A DNA stretch of 64,000 nucleotides from Macrostomum lignano (GCA_002269645.1 NIVC01003838.1:1-64000), one strand, 5' to 3'. Counted from the first letter of the stretch, positions 1 to 10,848 are shown. The notes: generated from the sequence alone by a model not told the origin. A program made the numbers and translations.

Positions 1-290
1 AGTCAATTGTGACGCAAATGAGCAAAAATAGATAAATACCGACAAAATGCGCGGGCTCTCCGCATTCCACAGCAAGCAGATACCGAGCCGAAATGGAAGC
101 TCTTTGGAGAATTCTGACAGCGATTGCAGCAGTTCTGATGCAGAACTTCGGCAGGTCCGCAAGCCAAAAGCGAGGCCTCGATGGCACTGAGTAGGAGATA
201 CTGGAAGCCATTATGCTCGAAAATGAAACTAAAAATTTCACGATACCTGCAGATGGCTTCTAACGTTGATAGGCTCTCAGTATCAATGAG

Positions 291-800
291 ATGACATTCT
301 CATCGCTTCACATTGCATGTGAAATGGGAAAAGTCAAAATTATCGAAATGTTCATTCAAGCCAGAGCTGACGTCAATCTTCAACGAAGCGATGGCTGCTC
401 ACCTCTCTACATTGCATCAGCGAAGGGTCACCACCAAGTTGTGAGCTCACTCATCAAAGCACAAGCTGACGTCAATCTTCAAGAAGTCGATGGCTGCTCA
501 CCTCTCTACATTGCATCACAGAATGGTCACCACCAAGTTGTGAGCTCACTCATCAAAGCACAAAAGCTGACGTCAATCTTCAAAAAGTCCATCGCTACTC
601 ACCTCTCTACATTGCTTCACAGAATGGTCACCACCAAGTTGTGAGTTCACTCATCAAAGCAGAAGCTGACGTCAATCTTCAAGAAAATGTTCATGGCTGT
701 TCACACCCACATTGCATCACAGAATGGTCACCACAAAATTGTGAACCTACTCACCAAAGCACAACAAGATGACGCCAATTCTGAGTATATTGGGAGTCAA
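291..800 (+). pseudogene. Ankyrin-repeat coding stretch (about 5 tandem 99-bp/33-aa repeats) with frameshifts
   Basis: Translation shows ANK consensus (SLHIACEMG; ADVNLQ..DGCSPLYIAS.NGHHQVVSSLIKA). GCTGACGTCAATCTTCAA recurs about every 99 bp. Frame breaks at an A-run near 560 (gcacaaaagctg vs gcacaagctg in the previous unit) and again near 690-710. Pseudogene or assembly indels. Confidence 0.75.
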
Positions 801-1534
801 AACTCCAGTGTACTTTGTTGTTGTTGTTGGAGTAAAAAAGTAACTAAAAGTTCATCTGCTTTGGAAAAACCACCGAAAGAGCCAGAATTTGAGTAAGTTT
901 CAATCATTAGATTTGCTTTTTTCTATTTAATTTTTGCTCGTTTTTTAATAGCATTTATCTTTTAGTTTTTCGGGATTGAAAAAGTTCGTGCAATTTTCGG
1001 CGGCCAAACAAATAATTTTTGTTGAAATTTTAACAGAAACAGCACAAAAACAGCGAAAGGCAAAAGAGAGAGTTTTGAATATGGTTTTGAAATTGTCCAT
1101 AAGACAGCCTGGCGTAATGACAAACTCAACTGGCCATTATTTCAGCTTTAGCAGGCGTTTGAACCATAGACGATTAGTTAACTATGCATTTATTAACTGA
1201 CATAAGGGAATAATCGCAAACAGTCTACATGGAATTCTGGAATACACTGAAAAAGGATAGTCAAGACATTTTAGCTAACAAACAATGGATAAATAATCAG
1301 CGGTCCCAGTGCGTGGCAACGATTGTACATATACTTTCCTTCAGACGCAATGAAGTTTAATTTAGGCCATTATTCCACACTTTTGGAACTTTCCATAGAC
1401 AAAAGAGTCAATCAGTATATTTTAACCAATAAGCAACGGATGCAAATACGAGAACTCGTATAAATGAAAAGATATCAGGGCCTCACGGCTAGTAGTCTAT
1501 GGCCAAAACTGTGTCAAACAAGAAAAACATGTAC

Positions 1535-1762
1535 TACACCTTTTCACGTTCAATTTTGATCAAAGTCCAGTTCTAAAAAAACTAGCGGAAATTCAATTCA
1601 GATAATTCAGACTTGGGCAACAAACCACCGTTCAAAACATTATGCAACCGAAGCAAGTTTTAGCCATAGACAAAATTGTCCCCAGTCTGAATCGTCTGAA
1701 TTGAATTTCCGCTAGTTTTTTTAGAACTGGAGTTTGTTCAAAATTGAACGTGAAAAGGTGTA
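1535..1762. mobile_element. MITE with ~80-bp terminal inverted repeats, nested in the Crypton end
   Basis: TACACCTTTTCACGTTCAATTTTGA...AACTAGCGGAAATTCAATTCAGA at left is the near-perfect reverse complement of TCTGAATTGAATTTCCGCTAGTT...CAAAATTGAACGTGAAAAGGTGTA at right. Begins and ends with TA. Confidence 0.8.
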
Positions 1763-2117
1763 AAAGCTGCATTCATCCATGCATTAAATAAACGTGAACA
1801 CAAAACCAGAACAGGAGCAATTAAATGTCACTGTCTATCAACGTTACTGCAGATGTCAAAGACGCCTATTACTTACCCCAAAATTAAATGTACAGTTTTC
1901 AAAGCGGCAATTTTCGAAAATACGGGACACTTGTGCCTGGGCGTTCATCACTGCAATAATTTAAAGCGAAACTGTTTTTACACCAAAGGAACATTTATTC
2001 ACCAACAAACATTTTCTGATAAATAGACATTCATTTAGTTACTCAAACTTACCACTTGAAACTTGCACTTCATTAGCCGGCTTGACTTCGACAGGTGAGA
2101 TACCGTCGACACCTGTC

Positions 2118-3399
2118 TCAATGCACGGCATGTTTACGCGCGTTCGATTGCTTGGGCACCTCGATAGGACGATCTAAGGCCGTGCTTACAGCCGTCGACG
2201 CTTCAAAAACTGCGCGGTCGCGCTTCCTTGATAGATATCGGCGCACCGTTTTTTCGCTCTTCTGACCGGTGATGCACATGATATCATTCATTCCATGGCC
2301 AGTCTCGTGCAAGTCCGCGATTCGCGTCACCCGTATACAATGATTTGTATACTCTCGAGATAGATTGCATTGCTTGCTAAGCCGTTTCATCAATGAGGTG
2401 AACCAATTGATGCCTCGTACCTGCTGAGATAAAAAACGCAAACAACCCGTTATCTTGTCATTCGGTAGTGCTCTTGGAACAAGCAGTCGTCCTTGCGATC
2501 CGATGGGAGCAGCGAAATGTTTTTATTGACCAGGTCCCGCTGCTTCCCATACAGCCTAGCTTGCTTCGGGCGGTCGTCCTTACAACGCGTAGGATCGGAA
2601 ATTTGATTCTTCGTAGGCAGTATTGGAAGCGACATATAGGGTCTGCCATCAGCATCCACCTTTGTCAACAGACTGCTTGCTGCCTTCAATGCCGGCAGGT
2701 GCTCTTGCCCACGCTCTCCAAAAACGTACAAAATGGTGAACAATACCTCATCCTGCAACTTCTCAGCGGTACTTCCGTCGAAATATGCTCGCAACTTTGT
2801 TAGATCAGCGTCCTCGATAGCTTCAAATTGCTTGGTAACGCCTTCAGCATTGTGGAATTCCCTCACCTTCACTCTTAGCATGCGATTGGAGCTCGCAAAC
2901 TCTCTCCGTCAATGAAGTTGATAGAGCGCTTCAGAATTAGGTTAAAGTACCGGTGTATCCCAGCTCTAATGCACACAAGACTTGACGGCGAATACTTTTC
3001 ACCGTTCGTCCTCTGCAGACCGAAATAATAATAGCGCAAGTACTCATTCAGCTTCCACACTTCCATCGTCACAGGCGACTCCTTGGTTGTCTCAGAGAGA
3101 AACTTCACGAAAGCCTGCCCATGCCGATTCATCTGGTCCACCGTTGACTTTGGCAGTGACTGAATTTCTACACCATCCATTCTCGAACTCAGGTCCATGT
3201 CGTCGCCCGCCACCTCCGGAAGTTCGGGCAGTTCTTCAGTGCCATGATCGTTCTCAAGCCACTTAATGAAATCACTCAGGGCCTGGTCATCGTGATGTTC
3301 TCCATGCATGCTTGTATCCGACAAAAGTTGCAGCTCGTCCATCTTGACACCATTGAGCGAGTCGACCGGAATATTTTTCCAATTGATAAATGCAGGCAT
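2118..3399 (-). CDS. Crypton/DUF3504-like tyrosine recombinase, about 427 aa if two 1-nt deletions (~2903, ~2474) are repaired
   Basis: Three consecutive ORFs join into LNEYLRYYYFGLQRTNGEKYSPSSLVCIRAGIHRYF...F(ASSN)RML...FGERGQE (Arg)...TKNQ (Lys)...LFQ(RALP)...YTNHCIRVT (HxxR)...ITGQKSEKTVRRY (Tyr). The usual second His position reads Gln. Confidence 0.85.
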
Positions 3400-3945
3400 T
3401 TTGAAGCTACAAAAAAGCGTCCCTTAATATGTCAAGAGTGATAAGAAATGGACATCAATATTGCAAGTTTTCTGTCTATGGTCCAGGTAACCTCTGAAGA
3501 CAACATAGCGAGCAACGTTTAGTCTATGGTCAAGAGAAAAGTGTGGAATAATGACCGCGTCAAAAGTGTGGAATAATGGCCGCAAAAGTGTGGAATAATG
3601 GCCGCAAAAGTGTGGAATAATGACTGCGCGCTGAGTGAAAGTATAAATACAATGCACTTGTGTAGTATGCAACTTCGTTGAATAATGGCCATAGACACTC
3701 GTGCGCTACGCGCACTCGTGTTTTGGCCATTATTCAACTCAGTGCAGTTGCATACTATACAATTTACCATTGTTTGGCGAGCGCCGGTAGGCGCGAGCCA
3801 TAGACAAATCGTTGTCACCTACTGCGACCGCTGATTCTTTGCATTGTTTTTCTGTTTGAGGATCCTAAAAACAATGCATTGTTTGTAGTAATGTATTGTT
3901 CTGCATAAAAAATGCGAATAATGATCGTCAAATTGCTAAACAATG

Positions 3946-4149
3946 CAATGGGCCGTATGCAGAAAGCTTAGTCCAGACTAGCTAGTCCAGACTTGGGTAG
4001 TTCAGTCTATAGTCTATGGTCTATAGCTACCCTTGTTCTGTCTATAGTAGACCGGTCTAACTTTGTGTTTCTGCATACCAAATCCAAGTCCAGGCTGGCT
4101 TTTCAAGACCGGACTACCCTAGACAGAGCTTTCTGCATACGGCCCATTG
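3946..4149. mobile_element. MITE with perfect 23-bp TIR (GGGCC-type ends, possibly PIF/Harbinger-like)
   Basis: CAATGGGCCGTATGCAGAAAGCT ... AGCTTTCTGCATACGGCCCATTG; no clear TSD. Confidence 0.7.
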
Positions 4150-4324
4150 TGTCTAGTTTCGTTTGGGCCACAAATGGGCCACTATGGCCATCATCTGGCT
4201 TGCGCCAAGTGGAAAATGCCTATGACACAAATCCCTAGAATCGCTTAGTGAACAATTCCCGTCTGGGAAGTTGTGTCCTAGCCGTTTTGAATTGGTTTTT
4301 GGACGAAACTAGACACAATTCCAC

Positions 4325-4424
4325 TATCAAGAGGTCACGCTTCACACACAACTGCCTTACCGCGTCTCGGCCTACCGGCCTCGACGCTATGGCAGTTTTA
4401 TGTGAAGCTTAACCTCTTGATAAT
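4325..4424. repeat. Imperfect ~100-bp palindromic (hairpin) element
   Basis: TATCAAGAGG-TCACGCTTCACACACAACTGCC ... GGCAGTTTTATGTGAAGCTTAA-CCTCTTGATA. Confidence 0.65.
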
Positions 4425-4429
4425 CCTAC

Positions 4430-5945
4430 ATTGTAATTATACTTTTACCCAGACGCAATGAAAAAAATATTTAGGCCATTATTCCACAGTTTTGATGTGT
4501 ACCATAGACATTTGGATTGAAAAAATCCATCGCACAGTATTTTTGTTAATAAATACAGAACAACAAGAAGTAAATGAACAAAAAGGAAAAATCATTAAAA
4601 CTAAAGTACCAGCTACACGAAAAGAGTTAATAATAAATGTCACAGCTAGTGCAGTTCATCAGTTTGTAGTCGAAATTTGACAATGTAAAAATCAATTTGT
4701 CACCCAAAGTGAAACATGCAGTTCTCAAAGCCGCAGTTCCCAAAGATGCTCGACACTTTAGCCTGATGATTTGGCACTGCAAAAGGAGTTGGTCTATTTT
4801 GAATGTTTTCTATGAAAGAGAAATACAGGTGCTCAAGTATAGTTGCCGAACTTACCATTTGAAAGATGCACGTCTTGGTTAAGTTGGCATGCGACTGATG
4901 AGCTTCGTCTGATGAGCCTCTTTGGTACCGCAGTATCCAAGCTGGGATTCTTTGGGACTGGCGGCTGCTCGACTGAATCGATTGGCCGCTTTCAGGCATC
5001 GTTTATAGCCGTCGAGGCGTTGAAGACTGCATGGTCGCGTTTTCTTCCTAGGTAGCGCCGCACGGTTCGTTCAGTCGTCGACAGGAAGATTTTTTCAATT
5101 AATAAGCGCGGCTGTTTGACGAGATGCACTATAGCCATAGTTGTTTGACAAGACAAATAGCTTTTTCTCCCACTACTCGCTTTCCTGATTTCTTGCAAGA
5201 CGCAAGCAAAATCAGCACTCATCACAGTGTTGTCTATGGTCAAACTAAGCCACATAACTCAGTCGTCTATGGGTAAAACAACTCTTAAAACAGCCAATTG
5301 AAGCATGATAAAAAGTATGGAATAATGACAGCGACAAAAGTGTGGAATAATGGCCGCAAAAGTGTGGAATAATGGCCGCAAAAGTGTGGAATAATGGTAG
5401 ATTGCGTAGTAGGTAAGGGGCTGAAATAATGGCCAAACACGAGTGCGCGTAGCGCGTTTTCTGCTAAATAGTTTTGTGGCTAAATAGTTTTGACTATCAT
5501 TTTTCTTCTCACTAATATCACTATTGTTATGATTATCATTACTGTGAACATTATTCCCTTATGCCAGTTAATATATGAATACTTTAACTAATCGTCTATG
5601 GTTCAAACGTCTGTTAAAGCTGAAATAATGGCCAGTTGAGTTTGTCATTACGCCAGGCTGTGTCTTCTGGACAATGACTGAGCGCTGAGTGAAAGTATAA
5701 ATACAATGCACTTGTATAGTATGCAACTGAGTTGAATAATGGCCATAGACACTCGTGCGCTACGCGCACTCGAGTTTTGGCCATTATTCAACTCAGTTGC
5801 ATACTATACAATCTACCATTGTTTGCAGTCATGTATTGTTCTGCATAAAAATGCGAATAATGATATATTCTTCTGCACTATTTTCGAGTGTTAATGTTAT
5901 TAGCGCGCCAGCGCGAATGATCGTCAAATTGCTAAACAGTGGAAA
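4430..5945 (-). mobile_element. Internally deleted, diverged non-autonomous Crypton relative
   Basis: Left end matches 1325-1420. Retains the C-terminal YR remnant TERTVRRYLGRKRDHAVFNASTAINDA (vs EKTVRRYLSRKRDRAVFEASTAVSTA), the AAAAGTGTGGAATAATGGCCGC repeats, and a perfect 34-bp inverted repeat 5712-5745/5778-5811. Confidence 0.75.
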
Positions 5946-6029
5946 ACGCGCACATTAAGCACAAAAACAACACGGTAGTCATAGACTGTTCATCAGAAGT
6001 TGCTCATTATAACTGAAACGTGCAATCCT

Positions 6030-6510
6030 TGAAGTGGCAGTTCTCGAAGAAGCGAACTGCGCGTTCCGAATCCATCCAACCCGCAGATTAATGGACAATG
6101 TAAAAAATTCACAGTTTCTATATGTTCATTAGTATAGCCACTAATTTACTTACAATGTTGACATATTATACTTACCCGCATCTCCTGTGTCATCTCCACT
6201 GAAGCATAGGTCGCACGGTTCGTTCAGTCGTCGACAAGAAGATTTTTCCAATTAATAAGCGGTGCTGTTTGACGATATGCACTAGCCATAGTTGTTGTTT
6301 GACAAGACAAATAGCTTTCTTTCACTCGTACTACCCGCTTTCCTGATTTCTTGCAAGACGCAAACGAAATCAGCACGCATCACAGTGTTGTCTATGGTCA
6401 AACTAAGACGTATCTCAGTCGTCTATGGGTAAAATAATTCTCTCAAAACAGCCAATTAAAGCGTGATAAAAAAGTGTGAAATAATGACCGCTTCCGGCAC
6501 ACTGAAATAA
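6030..6510 (-). mobile_element. Third partial copy of the Crypton derivative
   Basis: 6210-6490 is closely similar to 5058-5345 (CGCACGGTTCGTTCAGTCGTCGACA...ATCACAGTGTTGTCTATGGTCAAACTAAG...AAAGTGTGAAATAATGAC). Confidence 0.7.
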
Positions 6511-6729
6511 TGGCCGCCAGACTACGCTATCAGCTGCAGCCCCAGGCAGAGTGGCCAACGAAGGTTATTGAGGGTTTAAAAATCAGTTTTCTGCTTTTTT
6601 AGGGATATTAAAATGTGAAAATTAAAAATTAAAATAGCCTAAAGACTGATCCGGAAAATTTGCAATTTTTCCCATATAAGTTTCGACGCTGACTTGGCAG
6701 TATTTTAGGAGTTCACTTACAACATACAT

Positions 6730-6864
6730 ACACACAAACAACGCACCAGTTTTAGCATTAGGAGATAGAAGAGAGAGAGAGAGAGAGAAAGAGAGAAGAG
6801 AGAGAGAGATAAGAGGAGTTATCGAACAGACACACAAACAACGCACCAGTTTTAGTATTAGGAT

Positions 6865-6935
<71 letters not shown>

Positions 6936-7013
6936 AAGAGAGAAGAGAGAGAGAGAGATAAGAGGAGTTATCGAACAGACACACAAACAACGCACCAGTT
7001 TTAGTATTAGGAT

Positions 7014-7077
<64 letters not shown>

Positions 7078-7138
7078 AGAGAGATAAGAGGAGTTATCGA
7101 ACAGACACACAAACAACGCACCAGTTTTAGTATTAGGA

Positions 7139-7211
<73 letters not shown>

Positions 7212-7273
7212 AGAGAGATAAGAGGAGTTATCGAACAGACACACAAACAACGCACCAGTTTTAGTATTAGGAT

Positions 7274-7327
<54 letters not shown>

Positions 7328-7388
7328 AGAGAGATAAGAGGAGTTATCGAACAGACACACAAACAACGCACCAGTTTTAGTATTAGGA

Positions 7389-7441
<53 letters not shown>

Positions 7442-7596
7442 AGAGAGATAAGAGGAGTTATCGAACAGACACACAAACGACGCACCAGTTTTAGTATTAG
7501 GATAGAAGAGAGAGAGAGAGAAAGAGAGAAGAGAGAGAGAGAGATAAGAGGAGTTATCGAACAGACACACAAACAACGCACCAGTTTTAGTATTAG

Positions 7597-7642
<46 letters not shown>

Positions 7643-7706
7643 GAGAGAGAGAGATAAGAGGAGTTATCGAACAGACACACAAACAACGCACCAGTTTTAG
7701 TATTAG

Positions 7707-7752
<46 letters not shown>

Positions 7753-7912
7753 GAGAGAGAGAGATAAGAGGAGTTATCGAACAGACACACAAACAACGCA
7801 CCAGTTTTAGTATTAGGATAGAAGAGAGAGAGAGAGAAAGAGAGAAGAGAGAGAGAGAGATAAGAGGAGTTATCGAACAGACACACAAACAACGCACCAG
7901 TTTTAGTATTAG

Positions 7913-7966
<54 letters not shown>

Positions 7967-8166
7967 GAGAGAGAGAGATAAGAGGAGTTATCGAACAGAC
8001 ACACAAACAACGCACCAGTTTTAGTATTAGGATAGAAGAGAGAGAGAGAGAAAGAGAGAAGAGAGAGAGAGAGAGATAAGAGGAGTTATCGAACAGACAC
8101 ACAAACAACGCACCAGTTTTAGTATTAGGATAGAAGAGAGAGAGAGGGAGAGAGAGAGAGAGAGAG
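6730..8166. repeat. Satellite: ~55-bp constant core plus variable (AG)n tract, about 14 units
   Basis: Repeated GATAAGAGGAGTTATCGAACAGACACACAAACAACGCACCAGTTTTAGTATTAGGATAG separated by (AG)n of varying length. Confidence 0.95.
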
Positions 8167-8236
8167 GAGGGCGCCTCCAATCTCAGGCACGGACGCGGTA
8201 CATGTAAAAAGGACAAACAAGTCAAGTTGATTTAAG

Positions 8237-8277
8237 TTGCCGATATTTCGAATTAGGTAAATTCTTCGTCAGGGCAA
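8237..8277 (-). ncRNA. Minimal type I hammerhead ribozyme of the PLE
   Basis: Minus strand reads UUGCC-CUGACGA-A-GAAUU(uaccu)AAUUC-GAAA-UA-UC^GGCAA. Stem I is UUGCC/GGCAA, stem II is GAAUU/AAUUC, helix III is a vestigial palindromic AUAU. Predicted cleavage between 8242 and 8241. Confidence 0.85.
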
Positions 8278-8860
8278 GTGAAAAGTAGCGACAAGTGGTG
8301 TTGTAAAAGTTATTAAATAGGCGGGTTAGAGGGGAGAGAGAGTAGACAGGTAGATAGAGAGCGTACGGTATGTACACTTGGTGTGAGTCGATAAAACACT
8401 ATTAGAGTTGAAAATGCAAAATAAAAAACAGTGCACAAATAGAGTGAACCGCACGTGGACTGCAGCGATCCTACACACGAAATAAATAATGGAGTGGTGC
8501 AACTGCCCCGGTGTCTAAAAAGGGGAAAGAGTGACTCTAAGCACTTTACAAAATGGACCTCAATAAATAAAAAAGGTGAAAAGGCCCTCAAAAACTAAAA
8601 AGAGCAATTGTACGATAAGCAAAAGAGTAAAAGTTAAAAGTGTAATAAAAAAGTACAGGGTGTCAAGAAACAATAGAAATGTTGATGCAGAATAAATGCT
8701 GAGAATAAACAAAAGCTGTGCTTGGGCTAGCGATAAGAATAAAAAATTTTTCAAGAAAGGAGCAATAAAAGGCTTGGTAGGTACCGGCAGGGTCTGACAA
8801 AGGTAAGTAGTAGGGAAAGTGAAGTAAAAAAACAAAAGGAAAAAAATTTTTTAAGAAAAT

Positions 8861-10228
8861 TCAATCAGTGGTGGACTCCAGTCGACTGGGACAGAGCAGC
8901 TGCCGGAGGTTCCGCCCTTTGGTGTAGGCGGGCAGCACCGGGGCCTCGCAGCACCGGGCCACGCGGTCCTTCACCGCGGCCACCAGGGCGTCCGACCTCG
9001 CACAATGGGGCAGGATCAGCGGGATGGCCGGGTTGTGCAGCGTGCCAGCAAGCTCGTTGACGCCGTGCGGGGTTCGAGTCTTTAACACCTCGATGAGCTT
9101 GGCGGCCTCGTGGCGCTGCCGCCGCTCGTTCGCTCTGGGTCCCGTGCTGTCACGAGACCAGATGCCGGTGAAGGCGAAGTCCGCCAAACTGTGGCCATCA
9201 CTGGTGAAATGGCGGGCCACCGGAGTGTCATGGGCGTGCCGGATGTCGCCTATGTGCGCCAGCATGCGGCCGCGGATGCTGTTGGCGGTCTCGCCTACGT
9301 AGACCGTGTGGTCGCACCGGCGGCAGAACACGGCATAGACGGCGTTGGTGGCGTTGCAGTCGATCCGCTGACTGATGATGAGCTGGACTGTCGTGGCTGC
9401 TGATCCGGGGCAGACGGAGGCGAACCTGGCGTGCGCCTGGCAGCACCTGCACAGCCGGGTCGGGTTGCACGGCAGAAAGCCGAATTCCCACCGTCTCGTC
9501 GGGTAGAAGCCCAGCTCCGTCAGCATCTCGTACTTGATCGTGCGCAGGAACCGCCGATTGTAGCCCTGGTGTTGCACCAGACTTGAAAACAGCCCGGTGC
9601 ACGCTGCGTCGAAATCGGCCATCCGGGAACACCGCCGGGTGTATCTGAGGAGCTGGGACTTCACCACGCCCCGGAACGTCCGCTTCGGGTGGAAAGAGTC
9701 GCGGTGAATGAGCGTTCGGCTGTCGGTCGGCTTAAAATACACCTTAGTTGCCAGGCGCTTAACGTCACCCTCGCGGTCCCAGAAGACGGTGGTATCCAGG
9801 AAGTTGACCTCGGTGCTGCTGTAGCTCAGCTGCAACCTGATGTTCGGGTCGAGGCCATCCAGGAGCTCGTGGAAGCAGACCAGCTCGTCTCTCGTTCCGT
9901 GCCAGACGCCGAAGATGTCGTCGATGTAGCGCAGCCACAGGGCGGGCTTCTGCGGGCTGAGCTCCAGGCCCCGCTGCTCCCAGTAGCCCATGTAGATGTT
10001 ACTGTAGCTGGGCGCAAACGATTTTCCCATGGCCGTGCCTTTCACTTGCAGAAAAAATTTGCCATCGAACTCGAAGTCGTTGCGCTCCAGGTTCAGCTTG
10101 AGCAAACTGAGGAGGCTCGCGTCCGGGCGCCGGGCGTCCGGGTGCTCTCTGAAGGCCCTCTGTATGCACTCGAGTCCGGCCGCGGTCGGGATGTTAGTGT
10201 AAAGGCTGGCGACGTCCATGGTTATTAG
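8861..10228 (-). CDS. PLE reverse transcriptase (from ITMDVASLYTNIP on) + Cys-rich linker + GIY-YIG endonuclease
   Basis: MDVASLYTNIP, QVKGTAMG, WLRYIDDIFGVW, FLDT, YFKPTD, SFHP; linker CNPTRLCRCC...C; endonuclease VYAVFCRRC..VYVGET...R..H...VARHF...E...GVN. No internal stops. The N-terminal MRCLCVCSITP of the listed ORF is satellite-derived. Confidence 0.93.
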   Translation of the reverse strand, partial: LITMDVASLYTNIPTAAGLECIQRAFREHPDARRPDASLLSLLKLNLERNDFEFDGKFFLQVKGTAMGKSFAPSYSNIYMGYWEQRGLELSPQKPALWLRYIDDIFGVWHGTRDELVCFHELLDGLDPNIRLQLSYSSTEVNFLDTTVFWDREGDVKRLATKVYFKPTDSRTLIHRDSFHPKRTFRGVVKSQLLRYTRRCSRMADFDAACTGLFSSLVQHQGYNRRFLRTIKYEMLTELGFYPTRRWEFGFLPCNPTRLCRCCQAHARFASVCPGSAATTVQLIISQRIDCNATNAVYAVFCRRCDHTVYVGETANSIRGRMLAHIGDIRHAHDTPVARHFTSDGHSLADFAFTGIWSRDSTGPRANERRQRHEAAKLIEVLKTRTPHGVNELAGTLHNPAIPLILPHCARSDALVAAVKDRVARCCEAPVLPAYTKGRNLRQLLCPSRLESTTD

Positions 10229-10236
10229 GTTATTAG

Positions 10237-10672
10237 GAGTTATCGAACAGACACACAAACAACGCACCAGTTTTAGTATTAGGATAGAAGAGAGAGAGAG
10301 AGAGAGAGAAAGAGAGAAGAGAGAGAGAGATAAGAGGAGTTATCGAACAGACACACAAACAACGCACCAGTTTTAGTATTAGGATAGAAGAGAGAGAGAG
10401 AGAGAGAAAGAGAGAAGAGAGAGAGAGATAAGAGGAGTTATCGAACAGACACACAAACAACGCACCAGTTTTAGTATTAGGATAGAAGAGAGAGAGAGAG
10501 AGAGAGAAAGAGAGAAGAGAGAGAGAGATAAGAGGAGTTATCGAACAGACACACAAACAACGCACCAGTTTTAGTATTAGGATAGAAGAGAGAGAGAGAG
10601 AGAGAGAAAGAGAGAAGAGAGAGAGAGATAAGAGGAGTTATCGAACAGACACACAAACAACGCACCACTTTT
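10237..10672. repeat. Right arm of the same (AG)n-core satellite, about 5 units
   Basis: Same unit as 6730-8166; ends ACACACAAACAACGCACCACTTTTA. Confidence 0.95.
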
Positions 10673-10848
10673 AACACAGAAGACATAGAAGAGGGATGAA
10701 GAGGGACTCAGATAATGCCATAGACAATTAAAATTTGACCCAGAAAACGAAGTGGGTAGTGTTAGACTAAAAATAAGTAGGATTCAGCAGAGAATTCGTT
10801 TTCATTTACCCAGTGATCGTTCGACTGCAATATCTAGATACTTAAGCT

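Larger units (their letters stand above)
1325..3940 (-). mobile_element. Crypton-type tyrosine-recombinase DNA transposon, near full length (boundaries approximate)
   Basis: YR coding region at 2118-3399. Left-end motif GGCCATTATTCCACACTTTTG (1365-1385) is inverted relative to 22-bp tandem CAAAAGTGTGGAATAATGGC(CG) copies at ~3537-3622. Long hairpin at ~3659-3763. Both ends are homologous to the derivative at 4430-5945. Confidence 0.75.
8167..10228 (-). mobile_element. Penelope-like retroelement (GIY-YIG-containing, Neptune-like), 5'-truncated
   Basis: RT + GIY-YIG ORF, AT-rich 3' region, hammerhead motif near the 3' end. The same satellite flanks both sides. Confidence 0.93.

Noticed and set aside
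1-260. Acidic Ser-rich stretch (ENSDSDCSSSD) suggestive of a transposase N-terminus
   Set aside because: Too short; no TIR or catalytic motif visible.
4893-4920. Two CTGATGAG motifs
   Set aside because: No downstream stem plus GAAA; lies within the Crypton coding remnant.
6730-8166. CRISPR-like repeat/spacer appearance
   Set aside because: The 'spacers' are only (AG)n tracts; eukaryotic context; no cas genes.
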